Shown here: positions 23,334-32,764 of the stretch, one piece after another
Layout of the letters: the number at the start of each line of letters is the position of its first letter
How positions within the stretch are numbered: the first letter of the stretch is position 1
Origin: Minisyncoccota bacterium
GTDB lineage: Bacteria > Patescibacteriota > Minisyncoccia > Minisyncoccales > JAQTPW01
Reading direction: 5' to 3'
Length of the DNA stretch: 59,884 nt
Assembly (NCBI GenBank): GCA_028712565.1
Contig: JAQTPW010000005.1
Coordinates: forward strand, 1-59,884
Position numbers and translations under genes: made by a program
The notes under the pieces: generated by a model
Seen by the model: only the letters and a program-made list of their open reading frames with translations
What the model was told of the DNA's origin: nothing
The model's database searches: none

Positions 23334-26300
23334 ATGTCTAATATGAAAAGTAAAATAAAAATTTTAACAATTTTAACTTTTGTTATTTGTTTTTCTTTCT
23401 TAACTTTTAAAGCGGCTTTTGCCTACCCGTCTTTTGACATAGGGCCCACAAAATCAACTACCGCTGAAGTGAAAGTAAAAGCTGGTAGTGATTGGCAGAA
23501 TGTAATTTATTTTGTTGCCCAAGCCAGCAGCACAGATGACTATATCAAGCAGGTTCAATTCACGGTTAACTGGATTGCCGGAACTTTTGGCGGAACTGAA
23601 ATTTCTCAAATCGCACTTTATAAAAGCACTGATTCTACTATGGATACCAGCGGCGATACTTTGGTTGCATCAAAAAATTCAGCATCTATTAATTACGGGG
23701 CCTTAACTACATTTACTTGGTCAGGAACTACAACGGAAAATATGTTTTCAGCAACTGGTACTGATTATTGGTTTTATCTGGTTTTAAAAACTGATGCTTC
23801 TGTATGGAGCGACAACGGCGCCGGGGACGACGATCAGATAACGATAAGCATGGCCGCAGCCGATGTCGTATTAAGAGACGTGGCAGGTTCTGGAGATGTT
23901 AATTCTACAAGCACTCCAACTACTGATGCTTTCACAGCCGATGTTACAGCTCCAACATTGCCGGCAGCAAATATTGATGCCAAAAACAGCGTCCAGCCAA
24001 ACACGGTTACTGTTGAAATGAGTGAAGTCATAACCACAAGCACCGCAGAAACGGCAGGAAATTGGACGGTGACAAATAATGGAGCCACTATTACATATAG
24101 TATAGCTTCTGCTTCTTTGGGAGGCGATGGAAAAACAGTTACTTTGACTTTGGCAGCGCTAGATCCTGATGTTGCTACAACATTTATTACAAATGCTGAA
24201 ATAGACAACCATATTAAAGTAATCCCAAGCACTTCAATTGTTGATAAAGCAGGAAATACTTATGGCGGTTCAACTATTACAGAGTCTGGAGGTTCTCCTA
24301 CAAAAGATACAACAGCTCCAACCCTTGCCGCTGCCAATATTGTTGTTGATAACAGCGTCCAGCCAAACACAATTACTTTAACCTTCTCAGAAAAACTAAA
24401 TACTACCACTGCCCAAACCGCAACCAACTGGACAGTGACAAATAATGCAGGAGACATCACATACTCAATAGCTTCTGCATCTCTAAGCAATACAATAGTT
24501 ACTTTAACCTTGGCAACAGTCAACCCATCTAACGCTACCACCTTTATTACCAATGCCGATGTTGACGCCCATATCAAAGTTACTCCTTCGGCGAATATAA
24601 CCGATGTGGCAGGGAAAACATATGCAGCAGGCGAGATTACAGAAGCTGCAGCTGTCCCGACAAAAGACAGCTCAGCACCAACACTCGCCGCAGACGCCAT
24701 TGTAGTCAACAACAATGTCCAGCCAAACACAATTACTTTAACCTTTAATGAAAAGTTAAATACTACGACTGCAAACGATCTTACTCACTGGACAGTGACT
24801 AACAATGCAGGAGACATCACATACTCAATAGCAACTACATCTTTGAGCAATGCAATAGTTACCTTGACTTTGAGCGCAGTTACCGCCACAGATTCTGCTT
24901 CATTTATTACCAATGCCGACGCCGACGCCCACATCAAAGTTACTCCAAGCGCTCATATAACTGATGTAGCAGGCATTACTTACGCAGCAGGTGAAATCAC
25001 AGAAGCAGGAGCTACTCATACAAAAGATGAGACCGCGCCAACTATTCCAGTTGGAAACATTGATGTTGATAACAGCGTCCAGCCAAACACAATTACTCTT
25101 GAAGCCAGTGAAAAACTAAACACCACAACTGCAGAAACCGCAGCCAACTGGACAGTAACCAGCAATTCAGGAGATGTAACATATAGTATTAATTCTGTGT
25201 CTCTGGGCACAGACAGTAAAACAGTTACTTTAACCTTAGCTGCCGTAAATCCAAATTCAGCTACCACTTTTGTTACAGCTTCCCAAATCGCAGCCCATAT
25301 TAAAGTGGTTTTCTCAGGAAGTTCGGTAACTGATGTGGCAGGCACTGCTTTTGCAGACGAAACTGTTACAGAATCAGGTGGTTCTCATACAGAAGACTCA
25401 ACAGCTCCGACTTTAGCTGCCGCAAACATTGTAATTAACAACAGCGTCCAGCCAAACACAATTACTTTAACCTTCTCAGAAAAACTAAACACCACAACCG
25501 CAGAAGATGCAACCCATTACACAATAATAAATAATGCAGGAGATATCACATACTCAATAGCTTCTGCATCTTTGAGCAACACAATAGTTACTTTAACCTT
25601 GTCTGCTGTCAGCTCTGCAGATCCTACCACCTTTATTACCAATGCCGATGTTGACGCCCACATCAAAGTTACTCCAAGCACTCACTTAACAGATGTTTCA
25701 GGAAAAGCATATGAGGCAGGACAAGTTACAGAAGCTGCAGCTGTCCATACAAAAGATTCAACTGCGCCAACCCTGGCCGCTGCCAATATTGTTGTTGATA
25801 ACAGCGTCCAGCCAAACACAATTACTTTAACCTTCTCAGAAAAACTAAACACCACAACCGCAGAAACTCTAACCAACTGGACAGTGACAAATAATGCAGG
25901 AGACATCACATACTCAATAGCTTCTGCATCTCTAAGCAATACAATAGTTACTTTAACCTTGGCAACAGTCAACCCATCTAACGCTACCACCTTTATTACC
26001 AATGCCGATGTTGACGCCCATATCAAAGTTACTCCTTCGGCGAATATAACCGATGTGGCAGGGAAAACATATGCAGCAGGCGAGATTACAGAAGCTGCAG
26101 CTGTCCCGACAAAAGACAGCTCAGCACCAACACTCGCCGCAGACGCCATTGTAGTCAACAACAATGTCCAGCCAAACACAATTACTTTAACCTTTAATGA
26201 AAAGTTAAATACTACGACTGCAAACGATCTTACTCACTGGACAGTGACTAACAATGCAGGAGACATCACATACTCAATAGCAACTACATCTTTGAGCAAT

Positions 26301-28274
26301 GCAATAGTTACCTTGACTTTGAGCGCAGTAAATCCTTCAAACTCTACAACATTTATTACAAATGCTGCAATAGACGATCACATTAAAGTTACTCCAAGTG
26401 CTCATATAACTGATGTAGCAGGCATTACTTACGCAGCAGGTGAAATCACAGAAGCAGGAGCTACTCATACAAAAGATGAGACATCGCCAACCGTTGTGGA
26501 CGATTGGACTTTAAGCATTAATGCTGGCACCATGACTATTAATTTCAGCGAAGTTATGGATAGCTCCCAGAATGTTGATGAAACAAAAATTACCGTTCAA
26601 GAAAACGCCGATACCGATACTGCCAGCCAAATAAGAACTCTTACTGACAGCACTTCTGCTTGGGCAGACAATAATACTTTAACAGTTACTTTGTCTACAG
26701 AGGATTTGGCAGCGATAAAACTTGATACAGGTTTGGGAGTTTCAACAAGCACTTCTTATCTTGAAATAATTGCTTCCAGCAACATGAAAGATGTCGCCGG
26801 CAATAATGTATCTCTAACAAACGTTACAGACGGAGCTTGCATATATGCGACAACATTTACCGGAGACACCACTGGGCCTGCTTTAAGCTATTGGACATTG
26901 AATATAAACACAGGCCATTTGGTAATGACATTTAACGAGCCAGTTAACACTACTACGTTAACTACAACTGGAATTACTGTTCAGGATGCCGCAACAAAGA
27001 CCTGGCAGAGTTTAACTTTGACGGGAGGTACAACCGGAAGCTCAAATGGCACTTCTGTTGATATAGCATTATCAGCAGCGGATTTGAACTCAATTAAAGC
27101 TAAGAGTTTATTAGCAAAAGCCCAAGGATCTTCTTATCTTGTGATAACTTCTTCTGTAATTGATGACATGGCTTCAAATGCCGTAACCGCTATTACCGAT
27201 GGCTCGGGCGTGAATGCTACCAGTTATGTAGCAGATGCGACAAGCCCATCAATCAGCTCTCAATACCCGACTGACGGCTCTACAAATATTGCAGTAGATG
27301 TTGATCCTTATGTTACCTTCAGCGAAGCAATGGATCCATTAACAATTACTGATTCAACTGTTCTTTTGAAAGTATATGATACAGACGCTTCAGTTTCTTC
27401 AGTTGTTTCTCTGCAAGACGGCAATACGAAAGCCGTAATCAGCCCAGATGCAAACTTGTCTCCCGGCGGACACTATTATATATCAGTTACTGCCGGAGCT
27501 AAAGATTTAGAAGCTAATGCAGTAGCAGCTTATAACACAAAAGCAAGCCAAGAATTTACAGTGATATCAAGCAGTACAGTAATCAGCAGCGTGGCGATTA
27601 GCAATATTGCAATGACAACTGCCTCTACCACCTGGACAACTGATTCTTCTTCAACCAGCAATACAGTAGAATATGGCTTAACTTCAGCTTTGGGATCAAC
27701 ACTTGCTGCTGCAACCGGAGATACTGTAAAATCTCATATAGCCAATTTAACAAGTTTGACAGCTGACAGATTATATTACTACAGAGTGAAATCAACTGCA
27801 GGAGGAGTAGACACTTATTCAGACATTTACACCTTTACTACGGCAGCTGCTACAACCGGAATTACAGTAGAAAGCATTTCTATGGTAAAGTACTATGCTA
27901 CAGCTGATAATACCTATGCCAATGGATGGAAATGGAAGATAAGTATTACTGTTCATAATACAGCAGAAACTAGTTTGAAAATGAAATTTACTGACTGGAC
28001 ATCAGGAACTAATACAATAGCTATTTCTGCATCAACCGCAACCACGACAAGAATTGGCTTAACTAACGAGGAAAGCTCTGCTTCTACCTCTACTGTTGAA
28101 GCCGCAACTTACGGAGTTGGAAATGCCTACACCGATCAGGCAACTGCTTTGACCTTAGTTGATGAAGATACGAGCAAGGGAGGAATTCAAGAAACGGTAT
28201 ATCTCTACGTTAAGATTCCAACCGGAACTGCCGGCGGATCTTATTCTACCACTTACGGAATTTACACCTACTAA
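23334..28274 (+). CDS. giant surface protein (1646 aa) with tandem Ig-like repeats, an SbsA/Big_5-like domain and an FN3-like domain
   Basis: Signal peptide. Seven ~121-aa repeats (APTLAAANIVVDNSVQPNTITLTFSEKLNTTTA...) are followed by two divergent copies. Later segments read SPSISSQYPTDGSTNIAVDVDPYVTFSEAMDP and ISNIAMTTASTTWTTDSSSTSNTVEYG. Confidence 0.85.
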   Translation: MSNMKSKIKILTILTFVICFSFLTFKAAFAYPSFDIGPTKSTTAEVKVKAGSDWQNVIYFVAQASSTDDYIKQVQFTVNWIAGTFGGTEISQIALYKSTDSTMDTSGDTLVASKNSASINYGALTTFTWSGTTTENMFSATGTDYWFYLVLKTDASVWSDNGAGDDDQITISMAAADVVLRDVAGSGDVNSTSTPTTDAFTADVTAPTLPAANIDAKNSVQPNTVTVEMSEVITTSTAETAGNWTVTNNGATITYSIASASLGGDGKTVTLTLAALDPDVATTFITNAEIDNHIKVIPSTSIVDKAGNTYGGSTITESGGSPTKDTTAPTLAAANIVVDNSVQPNTITLTFSEKLNTTTAQTATNWTVTNNAGDITYSIASASLSNTIVTLTLATVNPSNATTFITNADVDAHIKVTPSANITDVAGKTYAAGEITEAAAVPTKDSSAPTLAADAIVVNNNVQPNTITLTFNEKLNTTTANDLTHWTVTNNAGDITYSIATTSLSNAIVTLTLSAVTATDSASFITNADADAHIKVTPSAHITDVAGITYAAGEITEAGATHTKDETAPTIPVGNIDVDNSVQPNTITLEASEKLNTTTAETAANWTVTSNSGDVTYSINSVSLGTDSKTVTLTLAAVNPNSATTFVTASQIAAHIKVVFSGSSVTDVAGTAFADETVTESGGSHTEDSTAPTLAAANIVINNSVQPNTITLTFSEKLNTTTAEDATHYTIINNAGDITYSIASASLSNTIVTLTLSAVSSADPTTFITNADVDAHIKVTPSTHLTDVSGKAYEAGQVTEAAAVHTKDSTAPTLAAANIVVDNSVQPNTITLTFSEKLNTTTAETLTNWTVTNNAGDITYSIASASLSNTIVTLTLATVNPSNATTFITNADVDAHIKVTPSANITDVAGKTYAAGEITEAAAVPTKDSSAPTLAADAIVVNNNVQPNTITLTFNEKLNTTTANDLTHWTVTNNAGDITYSIATTSLSNAIVTLTLSAVNPSNSTTFITNAAIDDHIKVTPSAHITDVAGITYAAGEITEAGATHTKDETSPTVVDDWTLSINAGTMTINFSEVMDSSQNVDETKITVQENADTDTASQIRTLTDSTSAWADNNTLTVTLSTEDLAAIKLDTGLGVSTSTSYLEIIASSNMKDVAGNNVSLTNVTDGACIYATTFTGDTTGPALSYWTLNINTGHLVMTFNEPVNTTTLTTTGITVQDAATKTWQSLTLTGGTTGSSNGTSVDIALSAADLNSIKAKSLLAKAQGSSYLVITSSVIDDMASNAVTAITDGSGVNATSYVADATSPSISSQYPTDGSTNIAVDVDPYVTFSEAMDPLTITDSTVLLKVYDTDASVSSVVSLQDGNTKAVISPDANLSPGGHYYISVTAGAKDLEANAVAAYNTKASQEFTVISSSTVISSVAISNIAMTTASTTWTTDSSSTSNTVEYGLTSALGSTLAAATGDTVKSHIANLTSLTADRLYYYRVKSTAGGVDTYSDIYTFTTAAATTGITVESISMVKYYATADNTYANGWKWKISITVHNTAETSLKMKFTDWTSGTNTIAISASTATTTRIGLTNEESSASTSTVEAATYGVGNAYTDQATALTLVDEDTSKGGIQETVYLYVKIPTGTAGGSYSTTYGIYTY
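24422..24880 (+). repeat. 459-bp segment identical to 25871-26329
   Basis: Base-by-base comparison of the two stretches. The offset of 1449 nt equals 483 codons. Flanks of ~100 bp on each side are near-identical. Confidence 0.9.
25871..26329 (+). repeat. second copy of the 459-bp identical segment
   Basis: See 24422-24880. Confidence 0.9.
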
Positions 28275-28294
28275 TCCAAGCTTATAAGTTAAAA

Positions 28295-28339
28295 CTTTCT
28301 AACGGAGCAAGTAACAAGGTCTTACTTGCTCCGAGAAAG
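28295..28339 (+). other. strong intergenic hairpin (18 bp with a 2-nt bulge) and no T-run
   Basis: CGGAGCAAGTAA (28303-28314) pairs with TTACTTGCTCCG (28322-28333). CTTTCT (28295-28300) pairs with AGAAAG (28334-28339). Confidence 0.5.
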
Positions 28340-28351
28340 AATTTAAGGTTT

Positions 28352-29656
28352 ATGTCTAAAAAAATATTATTAGCATCGCTATTTTTAACTGCGTTAGTGG
28401 GTTTTCTTTTCGTAAGGCCTGTTTTGGGTTCAGAAACAACAGGATCTATTGTTGTTGGGATTGAATCAGGAGCCAATGGCATAGTAAGGGCAGTTCCAAC
28501 AATCACGCCTGCTACGGGGGAGTACCATTCAAATCAGACCGTAACTATATCCTCTTCTGGCGCTACTGCTGTTTGTTATACAACCGGAACTTCTCCATCC
28601 ACTCCAGCTTGCAATACTCCGACAGCCTGCACCACAGGAACAAAATATTCTTCTACCTTTACTGTAGCTTCTACCCAAACCGTAAAAGCCGTTTCTTGTT
28701 ATGGAGACAATTCTTCCAGTTCTGCTTCTTCCAATACCTATACTATGACTTGTACAATAAGCAGTGTTTCTAATGGTTCAGTTTCTGCATATCCTGACTG
28801 TACGATTACTTGCAGTTCTGGCTATACTAAATCTGGCAATTCCTGCGTAGCCGATACTCCGAGCGGAGGAGGCGGCGGGGGAGGCGGCGGAGGAACAGAT
28901 TCAGCTCCGCCTGTTATTTCTCAAATTGTATTAACTGTTTCTGATAATTACGTCACTGTATCTTGGAAAACCGATGAAGGATCTCTTTCTTGGGTTGTTT
29001 ATGGGACTTCAACAGCTTATGGTAGCGAAGTAAAAACCGGTTCTTTTGTTACAACTCATGCGGTAACCCTGCCGAATTTGACTTCTGAAACCACTTTTTA
29101 TTACCAAATTAAATCCAAGGATTTTATCGGAAATACCGGCTCTTACACGGCAAAAACTGTTACAACTTTGACAACAGGGTCCGCGCCCCAACAGCAGGCA
29201 GTGACAACAACCCCATCTACGCCAACAACCCCTTCTACAACAAAACCGCTCTCTCAAATGACAATAGCCGAGTTAAAAGCCAAAATTGCTGAAATACTAG
29301 CATTAATTTATGCTCTGCAAGCTAAACTAGCCCAGCTCCAGGGTACTGCTCCGTCAAATATTGCCGGTTGCACAATCTCCACCTTTGCCAGAAGTTTAAG
29401 GCAAGGCGATACCAATGAAGACGTCAAATGCCTGCAGATTATTTTGAACTCAGATCTAGCAACTCAAATTGCAAGTTCAGGAACAGGTTCTCCGGGAAAA
29501 GAAACTAATTACTTTGGCGCTTTAACTAAGGCCGCAGTAATTCGTTTCCAGGAAAAATACGCCTCAGAAATCCTTACGCCTTCCGGGCTAACTGCCGGAA
29601 CAGGAATGGTAGGAAACGCAACCCGGGAAAAATTAAATAGAATTCTGGGGCAGTAA
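28352..29656 (+). CDS. surface protein: chitobiase/Fn3-associated-like domain, Gly10 linker, FN3-like domain, coiled coil, C-terminal PGBD1 domain
   Basis: Signal peptide, then GEYHSNQTVTISSSGATAVCYTT, GGGGGGGGGG, VSWKTDEGSLSWVVYGTSTAYG...FYYQIKSKD, and DVKCLQIILNSD...YFGALTKAAVIRFQEKY. Confidence 0.8.
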   Translation: MSKKILLASLFLTALVGFLFVRPVLGSETTGSIVVGIESGANGIVRAVPTITPATGEYHSNQTVTISSSGATAVCYTTGTSPSTPACNTPTACTTGTKYSSTFTVASTQTVKAVSCYGDNSSSSASSNTYTMTCTISSVSNGSVSAYPDCTITCSSGYTKSGNSCVADTPSGGGGGGGGGGTDSAPPVISQIVLTVSDNYVTVSWKTDEGSLSWVVYGTSTAYGSEVKTGSFVTTHAVTLPNLTSETTFYYQIKSKDFIGNTGSYTAKTVTTLTTGSAPQQQAVTTTPSTPTTPSTTKPLSQMTIAELKAKIAEILALIYALQAKLAQLQGTAPSNIAGCTISTFARSLRQGDTNEDVKCLQIILNSDLATQIASSGTGSPGKETNYFGALTKAAVIRFQEKYASEILTPSGLTAGTGMVGNATREKLNRILGQ

Positions 29657-29674
29657 CTAGATTAAAATAATATT

Positions 29675-29710
29675 AAAGCCGGCCCCAATGGGGGCCGGCT
29701 TTTATTTTTA
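29675..29710 (+). terminator. intrinsic terminator
   Basis: GCCGGCCCC (29678-29686) pairs with GGGGCCGGC (29691-29699) and is followed by a T-rich run. Confidence 0.9.
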
Positions 29711-29719
29711 ATTTTCTTA

Positions 29720-29728
29720 TGATAAAAT
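29720..29728 (+). promoter_or_regulatory. extended -10 element TGaTAAAAT
   Basis: This is the only promoter-like element between the terminator ending at ~29710 and the gene. It overlaps the ATG at 29727, which favours the ATG at 29739 as the real start. Confidence 0.35.
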
Positions 29729-31448
29729 GGGAAAAGTTATGCAAAAAATTTTTCGGATAAAACTCGGAATTGTTTTTTTTGTCTTTCTCTATTTCTTTTT
29801 TCCTTCTTTAATTTGCGCTGATTCCCAAGGCCAGGTTAAAATTTTTTTTGTTAATTCAGAGTATTCTTTGCAAAGCAAAGATAAAATTCAAACGACTTTG
29901 CTGAAAGTTTCCCAAGAGGGGTATTTTTATGTGGAAGACGAATGGTATAAAAATTTGAGTCAAGATGACAAAAAAATTATAGATCAGAATTTGGAAATTT
30001 TATCTCAGGAATTTGACAAAAAAATCTACCCAAAATTGACCTCTTTTTACGGCCAAGAATGGAAGCCGGGAATTGATAATGACACTAGAATCACAATAGT
30101 ATTTCATCAGATGAAAGAAAACCATATCGGTGGTTATTTTACTAATATTGATGAATACCCGCGGCTCCAAAATCCGGCATCCAATGAGCGGGAAATGGTT
30201 TATTTGAACACTCAAGCTCTTCTTTCGCAGAATTCCAAAAGTTATTTGGCTCATGAATTCGTCCACTTAATAAGTTTTAACCAAAAAGAAAGGTTAAGAG
30301 GAGTTACTGAAGATTTTTGGCTGAACGAATCAAGGGCAGAATATGCGCCGACTTATTTGGGGTACGATGACGAATATCAGGGGAGCAATCTTCAACAAAG
30401 GGTAAAATTATTTCTTTCGGCGCCGTCGGACTCTTTAACCGAATGGAAGAATCAAAAAAACGATTACGGAATAATTAATATTTTTACACAGTATTTAGCT
30501 GACCAGTACGGAAATTCTATTTTGGCAGATTCTTTAAAGTCAGAAAAAACCGGAATTTCTTCTATTAATGCGGCCCTCCTTAAGGCAGGATTTTCACAGG
30601 ATTTCTCAAAAATTTTTACCGACTGGACAATAACTATTTATTTGAATGACTGCAAATTTGGCGAAAAATATTGCTATAAAAACCAGAATTTAAAAAATCT
30701 TAGAATTAACCCATCTTTGATTTTCTTTCCAGCTACTTATAAAACACAATTTTTGCTTGATTATTCTATTTCCCAGTGGTCGGGAAACTGGTATAGGATT
30801 GTCGGGGGAGAAGGAAAACTTACGGTGAGATTTGCCGGGGATTTGAAAGCAAAATTCCAAATTCCCTATGTTCTTTGTCAGGACAGCTCAAACTGCAAGG
30901 CTGATTTCATGATTCTGGATAACTTGCAAAAAGGGGAAATTACCTTTGATAATTTTGGCAAGGATTGGACGAGTTTAACTTTAATTCCTTCAATTGAAAA
31001 CAAAACTTCTGGTTTTGGAAGCGAGGAAGATATTTACAATTTTTCCATTACTGCCTCTATGACGAATACTCCGCAGGAAGAAAAACTTATTCAAGATCTA
31101 AAAGCTCGGATTTTAGAGCTTCAAAAATTAATTTCTGAAACGCAGGCAAGAATAAATGCCATTTTGGCAAAAAAATTAGTTTGTTCGAAAATTGAAAGTA
31201 ATTTGCATTACGGGCTTCAAAACAATCAGGAAGTCCGCTGTCTCCAGCAGTTTTTAAAATCGCAAGGTTCGGAAATTTATCCCGAAGGATTAATCACCGG
31301 AAACTTTTTTTCTTTGACCCAAAAGGCGGTAGTAAAATTTCAGGAAAAATATGCAGCAGAAATTTTGACTCCTTATGGTTTGACACAGGGCTCGGGGGCA
31401 GTTGATTTGGCTACAAGAAATAAAATAAACCAGCTTTTGGCAAAATAA
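29727..31448 (+). CDS. secreted HExxH metallopeptidase-like protein with C-terminal coiled coil and PGBD1 domain
   Basis: Signal peptide, HEFVH within YLAHEFVHLISF, and a C-terminal EVRCLQQFLKSQ...SLTQKAVVKFQEKY. The start may be 29739 (MQKIF). Confidence 0.7.
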   Translation: MGKVMQKIFRIKLGIVFFVFLYFFFPSLICADSQGQVKIFFVNSEYSLQSKDKIQTTLLKVSQEGYFYVEDEWYKNLSQDDKKIIDQNLEILSQEFDKKIYPKLTSFYGQEWKPGIDNDTRITIVFHQMKENHIGGYFTNIDEYPRLQNPASNEREMVYLNTQALLSQNSKSYLAHEFVHLISFNQKERLRGVTEDFWLNESRAEYAPTYLGYDDEYQGSNLQQRVKLFLSAPSDSLTEWKNQKNDYGIINIFTQYLADQYGNSILADSLKSEKTGISSINAALLKAGFSQDFSKIFTDWTITIYLNDCKFGEKYCYKNQNLKNLRINPSLIFFPATYKTQFLLDYSISQWSGNWYRIVGGEGKLTVRFAGDLKAKFQIPYVLCQDSSNCKADFMILDNLQKGEITFDNFGKDWTSLTLIPSIENKTSGFGSEEDIYNFSITASMTNTPQEEKLIQDLKARILELQKLISETQARINAILAKKLVCSKIESNLHYGLQNNQEVRCLQQFLKSQGSEIYPEGLITGNFFSLTQKAVVKFQEKYAAEILTPYGLTQGSGAVDLATRNKINQLLAK

Positions 31449-31653
31449 GACCTTAAGGCATGCTTTTTGCGTCCGCCGGAAACACGGCGGCTGTTAATTT
31501 TCTGTGGAAAATTCAGCATTTTTGAGCTTACTTTACACTTTTTGACACCTCTTGACACCTGCTCCTGCTTTGCTATGCTGAACTTGGAGGCAATCGCTAC
31601 GACCTTTACCCCTTATCGAAAAATAAGGGGAAAATTTTAAACAATTGTAAAAT

Positions 31654-31790
31654 CATGCCCCGTTAGAAGCTTGCCTATTGTGACAGCTACTTTTATTGGG
31701 GCAAAGAAGAATATTTTTAAATAGATTGTCTGAAATTGTGAAAAAATTTTAATTTAAAATTTTTTCGCAAAGGACTTCTAACGGGGCATG
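31654..31790 (+). repeat. 137-nt element bounded by inverted repeats, whose 3' arm contains the HTH-gene start codon (copy 2)
   Basis: CATGCCCCGTTAGAAG (31654-31669) is perfectly complementary to CTTCTAACGGGGCATG (31775-31790). The ATG is at 31788. Confidence 0.6.
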
Positions 31791-32033
31791 TCCCAAATTA
31801 ATCCAAACGAAATTTATACAACCAAAGAAACTCAGGATTTTTTGAAAGTAAGTTCCTCAACTATCAAAAGAATGCTAAAGCGCGGGATAATTAAGGCTTA
31901 TAAAGTTGGCGGGACTTACCGGATTTGGGGCAGCGATATTTTAATTTTGATTTCTCCAAAAATAGAATCTCGGGTTTATAAAATTTACGATAAATTAAGA
32001 TCTAAAACAAAAAAAACTATTGAAAAATGGTAG
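31788..32033 (+). CDS. excisionase-family (MerR-like) helix-turn-helix DNA-binding protein
   Basis: YTTKETQDFLKVSSSTIKRMLKRGIIKAYKVGGTYRI matches the HTH_17/excisionase pattern. Confidence 0.7.
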   Translation: MSQINPNEIYTTKETQDFLKVSSSTIKRMLKRGIIKAYKVGGTYRIWGSDILILISPKIESRVYKIYDKLRSKTKKTIEKW

Positions 32034-32755
32034 ATTTTTCGTCTTATAAAGCAATAATTTTAGCGGGCGGAAGGGGGACAAGGCTATACCCTGTGACATA
32101 CGAAATTCCAAAACCACTTTTGCCCGTAAAAAGAAAACCAATTATCAATTATTTGGTTAATCTTTTTTTGGATCAAGGCATAAAAGATATTGCTGTTTTG
32201 ATAAATAATGATTTTAGAGAGGAATTTGACTGGTGGAAGAAAAGATATTATCCAGAGGATATAAAAAATAATTTCAAAATTAATTTTTTTGAAGAAGCGG
32301 AGCCCTTGGGAACTTTTGGCGGGATCTGGAATTTAAAGCAATGGATTGGAAATAGCCCTTTCTTTTTGACAAATGGAGATGAGCTTAAAAAAATAGATTT
32401 GGGAAAAATGGCAGTATTTCATGCCGAAAATCAAGTTTTGGCAACAATAGCTTTGGTTTCGGTTCCAAACCCCCAAGATTATGGGGTTGCAATTTGCGAA
32501 GGAAACTTTATAAAGGAATTTTTGGAAAAACCGAAAAATCCGCCTTCAAATTATATTAACTCGGGGCTTTATTTGTTTTCCCCAAAAATACTAAATGATT
32601 ATACTAGCCCCAAATTTATAATGGTCGAAAAGGACGTGTTTCCTAACTTAGCAAAAAAACAAAAGTTAGCAGGTTTTAAATTTTCAGGCGCTTGGACGGA
32701 CTGTGGGAATTTTGCCAGATGGGAAAATGCAATAAAAAGCTGGCAAGAAAATTGA
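32027..32755 (+). CDS. sugar-1-phosphate nucleotidyltransferase (context suggests mannose-1-phosphate guanylyltransferase)
   Basis: ILAGGRGTRLYPVTYEIPKPLLPV is a nucleotidyltransferase signature. The gene is followed by GDP-mannose pathway genes. Confidence 0.75.
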   Translation: MVDFSSYKAIILAGGRGTRLYPVTYEIPKPLLPVKRKPIINYLVNLFLDQGIKDIAVLINNDFREEFDWWKKRYYPEDIKNNFKINFFEEAEPLGTFGGIWNLKQWIGNSPFFLTNGDELKKIDLGKMAVFHAENQVLATIALVSVPNPQDYGVAICEGNFIKEFLEKPKNPPSNYINSGLYLFSPKILNDYTSPKFIMVEKDVFPNLAKKQKLAGFKFSGAWTDCGNFARWENAIKSWQEN

Positions 32756-32764
32756 TTATTTAAT

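Larger units (their letters stand above)
23949..26483 (+). repeat. in-frame tandem repeat array, seven units of ~363-369 bp
   Basis: Each unit starts with an APT(L/I) codon string. The array spans 845 codons. Confidence 0.9.

Noticed and set aside
23834-26179. Long minus-strand ORFs (132-165 aa), two of which share identical N-terminal sequence
   Set aside because: Their similarity simply reflects the 459-bp duplication on the coding strand. They are Ala/Val/Thr-rich mirror frames of the repeat gene.
23949-26483. Regular repeats as a possible CRISPR array
   Set aside because: The units are ~365 bp, contiguous with no spacers, in frame, and encode Ig-like protein repeats.
31473-31490. CCGCCG-GAAACA-CGGCGG hairpin as the terminator of the 29727 gene
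   Set aside because: It has only 6 bp and no T-run, so it is too weak to call.
31373-31558. 61-aa minus-strand ORF, and the TTGACA-16-TATGCT promoter-like string at 31552-31579
   Set aside because: The ORF overlaps the 3' end of the peptidase-like gene and has no signals. The promoter-like string is plausible but unsupported, so it was not listed as a feature.
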